NCBI GenBank assembly: GCA_903843965.1 | Contig: CAIMRY010000025.1 | Location: 44,622-68,621 of the forward strand | From: an uncultured delta proteobacterium | GTDB taxonomy: Bacteria > Desulfobacterota > Desulfovibrionia > Desulfovibrionales > Desulfovibrionaceae | Reading direction: 5' to 3' | DNA length: 24,000 nucleotides | In this document: positions 9,041 to 16,411 of the stretch, in pieces | Numbering within the stretch: the stretch's first letter is position 1 | Layout of the letters: each line of letters starts with the position of its first letter | Program-made: the position numbers and the translations under genes | Notes under the pieces: generated by a model | Told to the model about the DNA's origin: nothing | Seen by the model: the letters and a program-made list of their open reading frames with translations, nothing else | Database searches by the model: none

Positions 9041-10668
9041 GCAGGTCCGGTGGCCGGGCCGGCCGGCCCGGATGAGGTTTGGCCGGAGCTGGTCTCCAGC
9101 CTGAGCAGCGGGAAGAGGATGACCTCGCGGATGGACGGGGAGTCGGTGAGCAGCATGACCAGGCGGTCGATGCCCACGCCCTGCCCGGCAGCCGGAGGCA
9201 TGCCGTACTCCAGCGCGCGCACGTAGTCCTCGTCCATGAAGTGCGCCTCGTCGTCGCCTGCGGCCTTTTCCTGCACCTGGTCCTCGAAGCGGCCGCGCTG
9301 GTCCACGGGGTCGTTCAGCTCGCTGAAGGCGTTGGCCAGCTCGCGGCCCACCACGAACAGCTCAAAGCGGTCGGTGATCTCCGGGTTGTCCTCGTTGCGG
9401 CGGGAGAGCGGAGAGATGTCCGTCGGATAATGATAGATGAAGTGCGGCTGGATGAGCTTGGGCTCCACGAAGATGTCGAAGAGCTTGGCTTGGAGCTTGC
9501 CCAGCTTTTCGCCCTTGACGACCTTCTCGCCGCTCTTCTTCACCAATGCGGCGCAGCGTTCGTAGTCCTTGTAGTCGGCCGGGTCAACGCCGCCGATCTG
9601 CTCCAGCGAGTCGTGGAAGCTTATGCGCGTCCACTTGCCCGGCGTCAGGTCGATCTCCATCTCCTGGTAGGTCACGATGGTGCTGCCGCACACGTCGCGG
9701 GCCACGATGGAGAGCATGTCCTCGGTCAGGTCCATGAGGTCCGTGAAGTCGGCATAGGCCCAGTAGAACTCCAGCATGGTGAACTCGGGGTTGTGCCGGG
9801 TGCTGATGCCTTCGTTGCGGAAATTGCGGTTGATCTCGTAGACCTTTTCGAACCCGCCCACGAGCAGGCGCTTCAGGTACAGCTCGGGCGCGATGCGCAT
9901 GTACAGCTTCATGTCCAGCGCGTTGTGGTGCGTCTCGAAGGGCCGCGCCGTGGCGCCGCCGGGAATGGGCTGCATCATGGGCGTCTCGACCTCAAGGAAG
10001 CCCCTGGCGTCGAGGTAGTTGCGGATGCCGCGCACGATCATGGTGCGCTTGCGGAAGATCTCGCTGGTGCGCGGGGTCACGATGAGGTCCACGTAGCGCT
10101 GGCGGTAGCGGGTCTCCATGTCCTTCAGCCCGTGGTACTTCTCCGGCAGGGGCCGCATGGACTTGGTCACCAGGACCACGGACCTGGCGCGCAGGGTCAG
10201 CTCGCCGGTCTTGGTGCGGAAGAGGTCGCCGCTGATGCCCAGGATGTCGCCGATGTCGTACTTTTTGAAGAGCTGGTAGGCCTCCGCGCCGAGGTCGTCG
10301 CGGGCCACAAAGATCTGCATGGACGCGCTGGAGTCCTGGAGCTTGACAAAGGTGACCTTGCCAAACGAGCGCAGCGAGCGCACGCGCCCGGCCACGGCGA
10401 ACACGCGGCCCACGGCCGCCAGCCCGTCATCGTCCATGTCCGTGTAGGCGGAGACGATGTCGGCCAGGTCCGTGTCCCGGCGGAAGGTGTTGGGGTACAG
10501 GGACACGTTCTCGTCGAGCAGGGCGCAGGCCTTGTCGATGCGGCCCTTGAGCACGTCGTTCAATTCATCGCGCGCGGCCAAGGCGTCCGCCAGGGGCTTG
10601 AAGCGCCCAGCGTGCTTCGACCCGGCGTGGCTGTCTGCCCCGCCGTTGCGTTGTTCGTTGTCGGCCAA
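9037..10668 (-). CDS. lysS: lysine--tRNA ligase (class II)
   Basis: 543 aa. OB-fold anticodon-binding region, then class II motifs (...[21 protein letters not shown]..., ...[20 protein letters not shown]..., ...[12 protein letters not shown]...). It has short N- and C-terminal low-complexity extensions. Confidence 0.95.
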   Translation of the reverse strand: MADNEQRNGGADSHAGSKHAGRFKPLADALAARDELNDVLKGRIDKACALLDENVSLYPNTFRRDTDLADIVSAYTDMDDDGLAAVGRVFAVAGRVRSLRSFGKVTFVKLQDSSASMQIFVARDDLGAEAYQLFKKYDIGDILGISGDLFRTKTGELTLRARSVVLVTKSMRPLPEKYHGLKDMETRYRQRYVDLIVTPRTSEIFRKRTMIVRGIRNYLDARGFLEVETPMMQPIPGGATARPFETHHNALDMKLYMRIAPELYLKRLLVGGFEKVYEINRNFRNEGISTRHNPEFTMLEFYWAYADFTDLMDLTEDMLSIVARDVCGSTIVTYQEMEIDLTPGKWTRISFHDSLEQIGGVDPADYKDYERCAALVKKSGEKVVKGEKLGKLQAKLFDIFVEPKLIQPHFIYHYPTDISPLSRRNEDNPEITDRFELFVVGRELANAFSELNDPVDQRGRFEDQVQEKAAGDDEAHFMDEDYVRALEYGMPPAAGQGVGIDRLVMLLTDSPSIREVILFPLLRLETSSGQTSSGPAGPATGPA

Positions 10669-10857
10669 AACGGGTATCTCCCTGGGATGTGCGGACTCTA
10701 AAGAAAGTCTTAAGCGATGCGCCTATGCTGGAATCCTGCCTAAGCCATCCGCCCCTGGCAGTCAAGGCGGAGATACTCTCCGGCGCAGGTGAAGTCAAAG
10801 CCAAAGATGGCGCGGGAAAAGGCCTGGCGGACTTGCCGGGCGATGGCGAGAAAATCC

Positions 10858-10886
10858 TTGACCCATGCCGGTAGTTTTGCTTAAAG
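10858..10886 (+). promoter_or_regulatory. candidate sigma70-type promoter for tRNA-Asn
   Basis: TTGACC (10858-10863), a 17-nt spacer, then TTAAAG (10881-10886), ending 27 nt upstream of the mature tRNA 5' end. Identified by motif only. Confidence 0.35.
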
Positions 10887-10912
10887 AAGCCTCCGCCGCA
10901 TCACGCGGCTCT

Positions 10913-10988
10913 TCCCCGGTAGCTCAATCGGCAGAGCGGGTGGCTGTTAACCACTAGGTTCGCGGTTCAAGTCCGTGCCGGGGAGCCA
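10913..10988 (+). tRNA. tRNA-Asn (anticodon GTT), CCA encoded
   Basis: Cloverleaf folded by hand. Acceptor stem TCCCCGG/CCGGGGA, D stem GCTC/GAGC, anticodon stem GGTGG/CCACT with loop CTGTTAA (GTT), T stem CGCGG/CCGTG with loop TTCAAGT, discriminator G plus CCA. Confidence 0.95.
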
Positions 10989-10998
10989 AAGAGAGCAA

Positions 10999-11033
10999 GG
11001 GCTCCAGATGACAGTCTGGGGCCCTTTTTCTTT
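10999..11033 (+). terminator. rho-independent terminator after tRNA-Asn
   Basis: 10-bp stem GGGCTCCAGA/TCTGGGGCCC with one G-U pair, a 6-nt loop, then TTTTTCTTT. Confidence 0.8.
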
Positions 11034-11120
11034 GTCTGGCGGTTGTGCCCCGCTCTTACGCAGTCCCACGGGCACCGCTCCTGGCCTGGCGGAGCAGACG
11101 AGCCAGCGGCAGGCCCCCTC

Positions 11121-11294
11121 CTAGGTCTTACGAATTAGCGCCTGCGTGCACCAAGTCGTCTCATTCCCGTAGAGATCATGCTGCGTGGCCGTCGAGACAC
11201 CGCCCAGCGGCTCCCAGCCTTGCTGGAGAAGCCTGTTCACTTCAGCTTCCAGATCCTTAGACGCATCATGCAACAGTTTGTATTCCAAAGCCAT
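11121..11294 (-). CDS. DUF1737 domain-containing small protein
   Basis: 57-aa product MALEYKLLHDASKDLEAEVNRLLQQGWEPLGGVS... with the ...EVN.LL..GWEP.GG... core I associate with DUF1737. A strong AAGGAGG Shine-Dalgarno lies 5 nt before the ATG at 11294, so the track's longer start at 11318 is rejected. Confidence 0.6.
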   Translation of the reverse strand: MALEYKLLHDASKDLEAEVNRLLQQGWEPLGGVSTATQHDLYGNETTWCTQALIRKT

Positions 11295-11753
11295 GCCACC
11301 CTCCTTGATCACGCACACTGAAGCGCTGCCCGCGTTCCACGTTGCCGGTGGCGTTGCGCAGGCACATTGCCACCGCTCGCCAATCTCATAACTTCCTGCT
11401 ATTCAATTGCCTGACGAGCGGCAAGATTATTATGGCCTGCCGCCAGCGGGTGTCCTCATGGCGTGATTCGCCTGCGTCCCCCCTAGCCTGGCTCCAACAT
11501 GGCGGAATTCCTGGTCCGGGCCCAGGTGGGCACGGCAAACCCGGCAACGCCGGCAGGGACGTCTGCGCGCGCCGGGACCGCCGCCCATGACCTGGGGGAG
11601 GCGGTTCTTTGGAGTTGAATTGAGACTCCTGATAACGTAGAGCTACGTAATCTCGGAACGAGAATACCCCAGGATCTGGCTTGTCATGCATGTTTGAGGA
11701 TCCGACGCCCTTGCGCGGACCCCAACACCAAACCCTCTTGCCGGAGAAAACCC

Positions 11754-12548
11754 ATGGCCGCGAAGAATTCCGTGCTGTCCGCGCTTGATGCTGATCTGTC
11801 GATCCGTGTCCTGAACCAGATTCCCACCCCGGTCATGGCCGTGGACAAAGACTTCAAGATCGTCTTCATGAACGAGGCCGGGTGCACTCTTTTGGGCCTG
11901 CCCCTGGACGAGATCACCCGGTTCAAATGCTCGGAGCTTATGAACTCCCTGCACTGCGGCACGCCGGAATGCCGCATGAATCAGGCCATGGACAACGGAA
12001 TCTGCGGCACTGCGCGCAACGAGGTGAACATCGACGGTCGAGCCGTGCCCATTGCGCCCTTAAAGGATGATGCGGGCAACATCATCGGCGGCGTGGAATA
12101 TGTCATCGACATCACCAGCCGCGTGCGCGACGAGCAAAAGCTGCGCGAGCAGAGCCGCACCATCATGGAGATCTCCACCCCGGCCATCAGCCTGTGGGAG
12201 GGCATCGTGGTGCTGCCCGTGGTCGGCGTGGTGGACTCCATGCGCGCCCAGCAAATGATGAACACCATGCTCGCCAAGATCAAGGAGAGCTCGGCCAAGA
12301 TCATCATCCTGGACATCCAGGGCGTGGCCGCAGTCGATACCGCCGTGGCCAACCACCTGATCAAGATCACCAAGGCCACCAAGCTCATGGGCTGTCGCTG
12401 CCTGATCTCCGGCATCTCCCCGGCTGTGGCCGAGACCCTGGTGCAGCTCGGCATCGACCTGGGCGACGTGGCCACCAACGCCACCCTGAAGGACTCCCTG
12501 GGCGAGGCCTTCGAGCTGCTGCGTTACGAAGTGCGCAAGTCCAAGTAG
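11754..12548 (+). CDS. RsbR-like stressosome sensor protein (N-terminal PAS domain, C-terminal STAS domain)
   Basis: PAS-like N-terminus (LNQIPTPVMAVDKDFKIVFMNEAG...GGVEYVIDIT), a helical linker, then STAS (ISLWEGIVVLPVVGVVDSMRAQ...IILDIQGVAAVDTAVANHLIKI...ISGISPAVAETLVQLGI). The Thr residues in VDTAV and AETLV sit where B. subtilis RsbRA T171 and T205 lie. Start set at ATG 11754 (GGAGAA upstream). Confidence 0.9.
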   Translation: MAAKNSVLSALDADLSIRVLNQIPTPVMAVDKDFKIVFMNEAGCTLLGLPLDEITRFKCSELMNSLHCGTPECRMNQAMDNGICGTARNEVNIDGRAVPIAPLKDDAGNIIGGVEYVIDITSRVRDEQKLREQSRTIMEISTPAISLWEGIVVLPVVGVVDSMRAQQMMNTMLAKIKESSAKIIILDIQGVAAVDTAVANHLIKITKATKLMGCRCLISGISPAVAETLVQLGIDLGDVATNATLKDSLGEAFELLRYEVRKSK

Positions 12549-12590
12549 CATGGCTGGCAAAAAGGCCTGCTTTTTCGCGGAGCATCGCCC

Positions 12591-13073
12591 ATGATCGACC
12601 AGGCTTTCGCCAGCCATGGCATGCACGTCATCGACGGCGTGCTTGTGGCCCAGGCTCCAGACAGCATTGAGGACGCGTCCCTGCGCCAGTTTCAGTCCGG
12701 GCTGCTCAGCCGGGTGCACGCCACCTCGCCGCGTGGCGTCATCCTCGACGTCTCGCGCGTGCGGCTCCTGGACTCCACCTCCTACGCGCTCTTGGCCGAC
12801 GCGGGCCGCATGGCGGCCATGCTCGGGGCGCGGGTGATCTTCGTGGGCTTCCAGCCCGGCGTGGTCTCGGCCCTGATGGACCTGGACGTGGACGTGGGCG
12901 CCCTGATCACGGCGCGCACCCTGGAGGACGGCATGGAGCTTATACGCCCGGCCCTGCGGGTAATCGAAGAGGACCCGGAGGAACAGGCCTCGGACGATTA
13001 CAAGCCGGAGGACGCCGCTGCAGGGGACGGGCAGTCCCAGACCGAGCCCGGCCAGGAGACCAAGACCCCATGA
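12591..13073 (+). CDS. RsbS-like single-STAS stressosome scaffold protein
   Basis: STAS core ...VILDVSRVRLLDSTSYALLAD...ARVIFVGFQPGVVSALMDLDVD, with a Ser in the LDS motif at the RsbS phospho-site position, plus an acidic tail of about 40 aa. The stop overlaps the next gene's start (ATGA). Confidence 0.85.
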   Translation: MIDQAFASHGMHVIDGVLVAQAPDSIEDASLRQFQSGLLSRVHATSPRGVILDVSRVRLLDSTSYALLADAGRMAAMLGARVIFVGFQPGVVSALMDLDVDVGALITARTLEDGMELIRPALRVIEEDPEEQASDDYKPEDAAAGDGQSQTEPGQETKTP

Positions 13074-13489
13074 CCCCGGCGCGCATCAGCGAAGAAGTAC
13101 ACATCGACCTCGCCCTGCCCTCGGACAACGCCGGGGCCATCTGCACGGCCAAGCGGCTGGCCGGGCAGGCGGGCTTCGACGAGGCCGGGCAGAGCCTCAT
13201 CGCCACAGCGGTGTCCGAGCTGGCCACCAACATCCTGCGCTATGGCGGCGGAGGCGAGGTGGTGCTGCGCCTGATCCATGAGCCGGGACGCAGCGGCATG
13301 GAGATCCTGGCCGAGGACCACGGCCCCGGCATCCGCAACATCGAGAGGGCCATGCAGGACCACTTCAGCACCGGCAAGAGCCTGGGCCTGGGCCTGCCCG
13401 GCGTCAAAAGGCTCATGGACGAGTTCTTCATCAACTCCAAGCCCGGCGTGGGCACCCTGTGCATCGCCCGCAAGTGGAGGCGGCTCTAG
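13070..13489 (+). CDS. RsbT-like serine/threonine kinase (GHKL ATPase, anti-sigma regulatory factor type)
   Basis: 139 aa. N-box SELATNILRYG, G1 box EDHGPGI, G2 box GKSLGLGLPGVKRLMDEF. The size and its position after RsbR/RsbS match RsbT. Confidence 0.9.
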   Translation: MTPARISEEVHIDLALPSDNAGAICTAKRLAGQAGFDEAGQSLIATAVSELATNILRYGGGGEVVLRLIHEPGRSGMEILAEDHGPGIRNIERAMQDHFSTGKSLGLGLPGVKRLMDEFFINSKPGVGTLCIARKWRRL

Positions 13490-14077
13490 ATGGGTACCGT
13501 CGACTGTCACCTGGTCCTGAAGCCCCTGACCGGGCTCTTGGAGGAATGCGGCGACACGGGAGTGGTCGTCGCGGGCGAGGCGTCCTGCTTCGCGGCCCTG
13601 GTTGACGTGCTGGGCCACGGACCAGAGGCGCGCCAGTCGGCCATCGTGGCCGAAACCTTTCTGCCGGGCTGCGCCGGGGCGGACCTGACCGTCTCGCTCA
13701 AGGGCTTGCACGAAAAGCTGCGGCGTGGGCGCGGGGCCGTGGCCACCCTGCTGGAGCTTGATCTCGCCAGCGGTGAGTTGCTGGTGGCGGGAGTCGGGAA
13801 CATCACCACCCGCGTCTTCGGCGTCGAGCATACCCGCGTGCTCCCGCGCGACGGCATCGTCGGTTATTCCATGAGCACCCCGCGCGTGCAGCGTCTGCGC
13901 CTGCGCATCGGCGATGTGGTCCTGCTCTATTCCGACGGCATCCGCGAGTCCTTTGAGCTGCACGACTGCCCCGGCCTGCTTGCGGGCAGCGCCAAGGAGA
14001 TCGCCGAGCGCGTCATGAAGGCCTTCCGCAAACAGGACGACGACGCCTCGTGCCTGGTGCTGAGGTACACGGCATGA
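13490..14077 (+). CDS. RsbX-like small PP2C/SpoIIE-family phosphatase
   Basis: 195 aa with SpoIIE-family motifs ECGDTG, VDVLGHG, LYSDGI and DDDASCLVLRY. The ATG directly abuts the rsbT-like stop (TAGATG). It is the fourth gene of the conserved RsbR-S-T-X module. Confidence 0.8.
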   Translation: MGTVDCHLVLKPLTGLLEECGDTGVVVAGEASCFAALVDVLGHGPEARQSAIVAETFLPGCAGADLTVSLKGLHEKLRRGRGAVATLLELDLASGELLVAGVGNITTRVFGVEHTRVLPRDGIVGYSMSTPRVQRLRLRIGDVVLLYSDGIRESFELHDCPGLLAGSAKEIAERVMKAFRKQDDDASCLVLRYTA

Positions 14078-16107
14078 TCCCCCTGGGCGAATTTCTGGTC
14101 GAGGACGAGGTGACCTTCAACGAGTCGCGGCGAAAGGTCCTGCGGCTGGCCCAGGCCCTGGGCTTTGACGAGATCGGGGCCACCCGGCTGGCTATGGCCT
14201 ATTCCGAGCTTTGCCGCCTGGGCGTGGACCGGCCCGGCGGCGTGCGGACGCACCTCGGCCTTGAGGAGCAGCCTGGCGGCCTGGCCTTGGGCGTCGACTT
14301 CGCCTTCAGCGCCAATACCGGCGCGCCGCTTGTAGCGGACGCATTCTTTCGTTCCTTCACGGCCATTCCCGGCGCAGCCTGGTCCTACCGGGGCCTGTTG
14401 CCCCTGCCGGACCACTGCTTCCGCCTCGACGAGGAGCTGCTGGAGAGCCTGCGCAGTCGTCTGGCCCATCCCTCGCGCGAGGAGCTGCTGCGCGACCTGA
14501 GGAACAAGAACGCCGCGCTGGAACAGGAGATCACCAAGCGCATGCAGAGCGAGGAGGAGATCAAGCGCCAGCGCACCCTGCTGGACACCCTGGTCAACTC
14601 TCTGCCGCAGCTCATCTACTCCAAGGACACAAGCGGCACGTACCAGATCGTCAACAACGCCCTGTGCGAGATGCTGGGCCTGCCCGTCTGGGAGGTCCTG
14701 GGCAAGAACGCCAGCGAGCTCTTCCGCCCGGAAACGGCGGAGCGCATCAACCGCGCCGACCACAGGACCTTCACGGAGAAGCATCTCACCACCGAGGTGG
14801 ACTGGCGCACCTACCCTGATGGCCGCAAGGCGATCTTCGACATCATCCGTGTGCCCGTGCTGGACGAGCAGGGCGAGGCCACGGGCCTGGTCGGAGCCTT
14901 CACCGACATCACCGAGCGCATGCGCATGGAAGAGGCTGTGCGCGAAAGCGAGGTCAAGTACCGCGAGCTGGTGGAGAACGCCAACAGCATCATCCTCAAG
15001 CTGGACATGGACGGACGCATCACCTTCTTCAACGAGTTCGCCCAGAAGTTCTTCGGCTTTACGCCAGAGGAGATCCTGGGCCAGAGCATCGTCGGCACCA
15101 TCGTGCCCGAGAGCGAGTCCACAGGCCGCGACCTTGCGGCCTTCATCCAGGATCTGGTCAGGAACCCTGGCCAGCACGCCCGCAACGAGAACGAAAACGT
15201 CACCAAGGACGGCGAGCGCGTCTGGGTGGGCTGGACCAATCAGGCCCTGCGCGACGACGCCACCGGCCAAGGCCTGGGCGTGCTCTGTGTGGGCTCGGAC
15301 GTTACGGCCCAGAAGATCGCCCAGCTGCAGCGCGACGAGGCCCTGGAGCTCATCTCCGGAAGCATCCGCTACGCCAGCCGCATCCAGCAGGCCGTGCTGC
15401 CCGCGCCGGAGTTCCTGGCCGCGCTCTTCGCCGAGCATTTCGTGCTCTGGCAGCCACGCGACGTGGTCGGCGGCGACATCTTCTGGAGTGTGCCCTGGGG
15501 CCAAGGCGGCCTGTTCGTTTTGGGCGACTGCACCGGCCACAGCGTGCCCGGGGCCTTCATGACGCTGATCACCACCGGGGCCCTGGCCAAGGCCCTGCGC
15601 GACGTGGAGCCCGGCGACGTGGCCGGGCTGGTCAGCCACACCCACCAATTGGTGCAGACGGGCCTGGGCCAGCATGTGGACACCGGCGGCTCGGACGACG
15701 GCATGGAGCTGGGCGTCTGCTACATCCCGCAGGATAGGGCCAACCTGCGCTTCTGCGGGGCGCGCTTCAGTCTGTTCCTGCTGGAGAACGGCGAGGTGGC
15801 CGAGCACAAGGGCGACCGCAGAGGCATCGGCTACCGGGGCATCTCCCTGGACTTCCCCTTCACCGCTCAGGACTTCGCCCTCGCCCCTGGCCAGCGCTTC
15901 TTCCTGACCAGCGACGGGCTGCTGGACCAGATCGGCGGGGAGCGCAGGCGCAGCTATGGCAAGAAACGCTTTATGGAGCTGCTTGTCGGGCTCTGCGGCC
16001 AGCCCCTTGCGACGCACCCGGAGCGCATCATGGAGAGCCTGCGCGCCTATCAGGGCCAGGAGAAGCGCCGCGACGACGTGTCCGTGGCGGGCTTTCGGGT
16101 GGTCTGA
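14074..16107 (+). CDS. multi-domain PP2C phosphatase: degenerate RsbT-like N-domain, coiled coil, two PAS domains, SpoIIE/PP2C domain (RsbU/SiaA analogue)
   Basis: Start at ATG 14074 overlaps the upstream stop (ATGA). Two PAS domains (LIYSKDTSGTYQIVNNA...FTDITERMRMEE and LVENANSIILKLDMDGRITFFN...GSDVTAQK). PP2C motifs: RIQQAVLP, VGGDIFW, VLGDCTGHSVPGAFM, DDGMELGVC, LTSDGLLDQ, RRDDVSVAGFRV. No TM segment is evident. Confidence 0.9.
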   Translation: MIPLGEFLVEDEVTFNESRRKVLRLAQALGFDEIGATRLAMAYSELCRLGVDRPGGVRTHLGLEEQPGGLALGVDFAFSANTGAPLVADAFFRSFTAIPGAAWSYRGLLPLPDHCFRLDEELLESLRSRLAHPSREELLRDLRNKNAALEQEITKRMQSEEEIKRQRTLLDTLVNSLPQLIYSKDTSGTYQIVNNALCEMLGLPVWEVLGKNASELFRPETAERINRADHRTFTEKHLTTEVDWRTYPDGRKAIFDIIRVPVLDEQGEATGLVGAFTDITERMRMEEAVRESEVKYRELVENANSIILKLDMDGRITFFNEFAQKFFGFTPEEILGQSIVGTIVPESESTGRDLAAFIQDLVRNPGQHARNENENVTKDGERVWVGWTNQALRDDATGQGLGVLCVGSDVTAQKIAQLQRDEALELISGSIRYASRIQQAVLPAPEFLAALFAEHFVLWQPRDVVGGDIFWSVPWGQGGLFVLGDCTGHSVPGAFMTLITTGALAKALRDVEPGDVAGLVSHTHQLVQTGLGQHVDTGGSDDGMELGVCYIPQDRANLRFCGARFSLFLLENGEVAEHKGDRRGIGYRGISLDFPFTAQDFALAPGQRFFLTSDGLLDQIGGERRRSYGKKRFMELLVGLCGQPLATHPERIMESLRAYQGQEKRRDDVSVAGFRVV

Positions 16108-16271
16108 CCCGGGTTGGGGCCAACAGGATGAATTTTCTGGATTGGCTCTCAGGCTGTGTTTCGTGCACAAAGAGAATGATGCGGACCAGTGGAGACCTAA
16201 GCTGGCACGCTCAAGACCCGATCCGGCGGCGCTCCCCAAAGAACGCTTCCGGCGGTCTGGTCGAACCCCCA

Positions 16272-16315
16272 GGCTGGCCGAAGTCTGGCCGCAGTCGGGC
16301 CGGAATCGGGCCGGA
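16272..16315. repeat. four tandem degenerate 11-bp units with phased GGCCG cores
   Basis: The units are ggctGGCCGaa, gtctGGCCGca, gtcgGGCCGga and atcgGGCCGga. The GGCCG cores start at 16276, 16287, 16298 and 16309, exactly 11 bp apart. The array lies inside the only long intergenic gap of the cluster. Confidence 0.6.
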
Positions 16316-16411
16316 ACCTCGCCAGGCCAACCTGGCTCCGGCCTTTGAACGAGGGCTCCTGGACAGCGTGTCCGAAATCTGTCAGCCCCCCCTGTGGAAT
16401 CGGAGGAACAC

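Noticed and set aside
9079-10701. 540-aa plus-strand ORF opposite lysS
   Set aside because: The minus-strand product has all the class II LysRS motifs. The plus-strand product is low-complexity and has no Shine-Dalgarno sequence.
11677-11691. Sigma54-like TGGCTTGTCATGCAT upstream of the RsbR-like gene
   Set aside because: The GG-to-GC spacing is 2 nt too short compared with TGGCAC-N5-TTGC.
11342-11691. 82-aa (+) and 101-aa (-) ORFs between the DUF1737 gene and the RsbR-like gene
   Set aside because: The two overlap each other, give Pro/Gly/Arg-rich products, and have no ribosome-binding sites or family resemblance.
12549-12590. Possible hairpin GCAAAAAG-gcctg-CTTTTTCGC between the RsbR-like and RsbS-like genes, considered as an attenuator
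   Set aside because: The stem is A/T-only, imperfect and weak. It is not convincing as a terminator, and the genes are otherwise arranged as an operon.
16155-16169. CRP/FNR-like site TGTGTTTCGTGCACA upstream of the SiaB-cyclase half, which would have implied cAMP feedback
   Set aside because: The half-sites TGTGT and GCACA are separated by 5 nt rather than the 6 nt of TGTGA-N6-TCACA. With the correct spacing the right half-site does not match. The idea is attractive but the sequence does not support it.
16203-16217. Sigma54 -24 element CTGGCACG in the intra-cluster gap
   Set aside because: The -24 half is perfect, but the -12 position reads AGAC instead of TTGC. No -12 GC lies at the required spacing.
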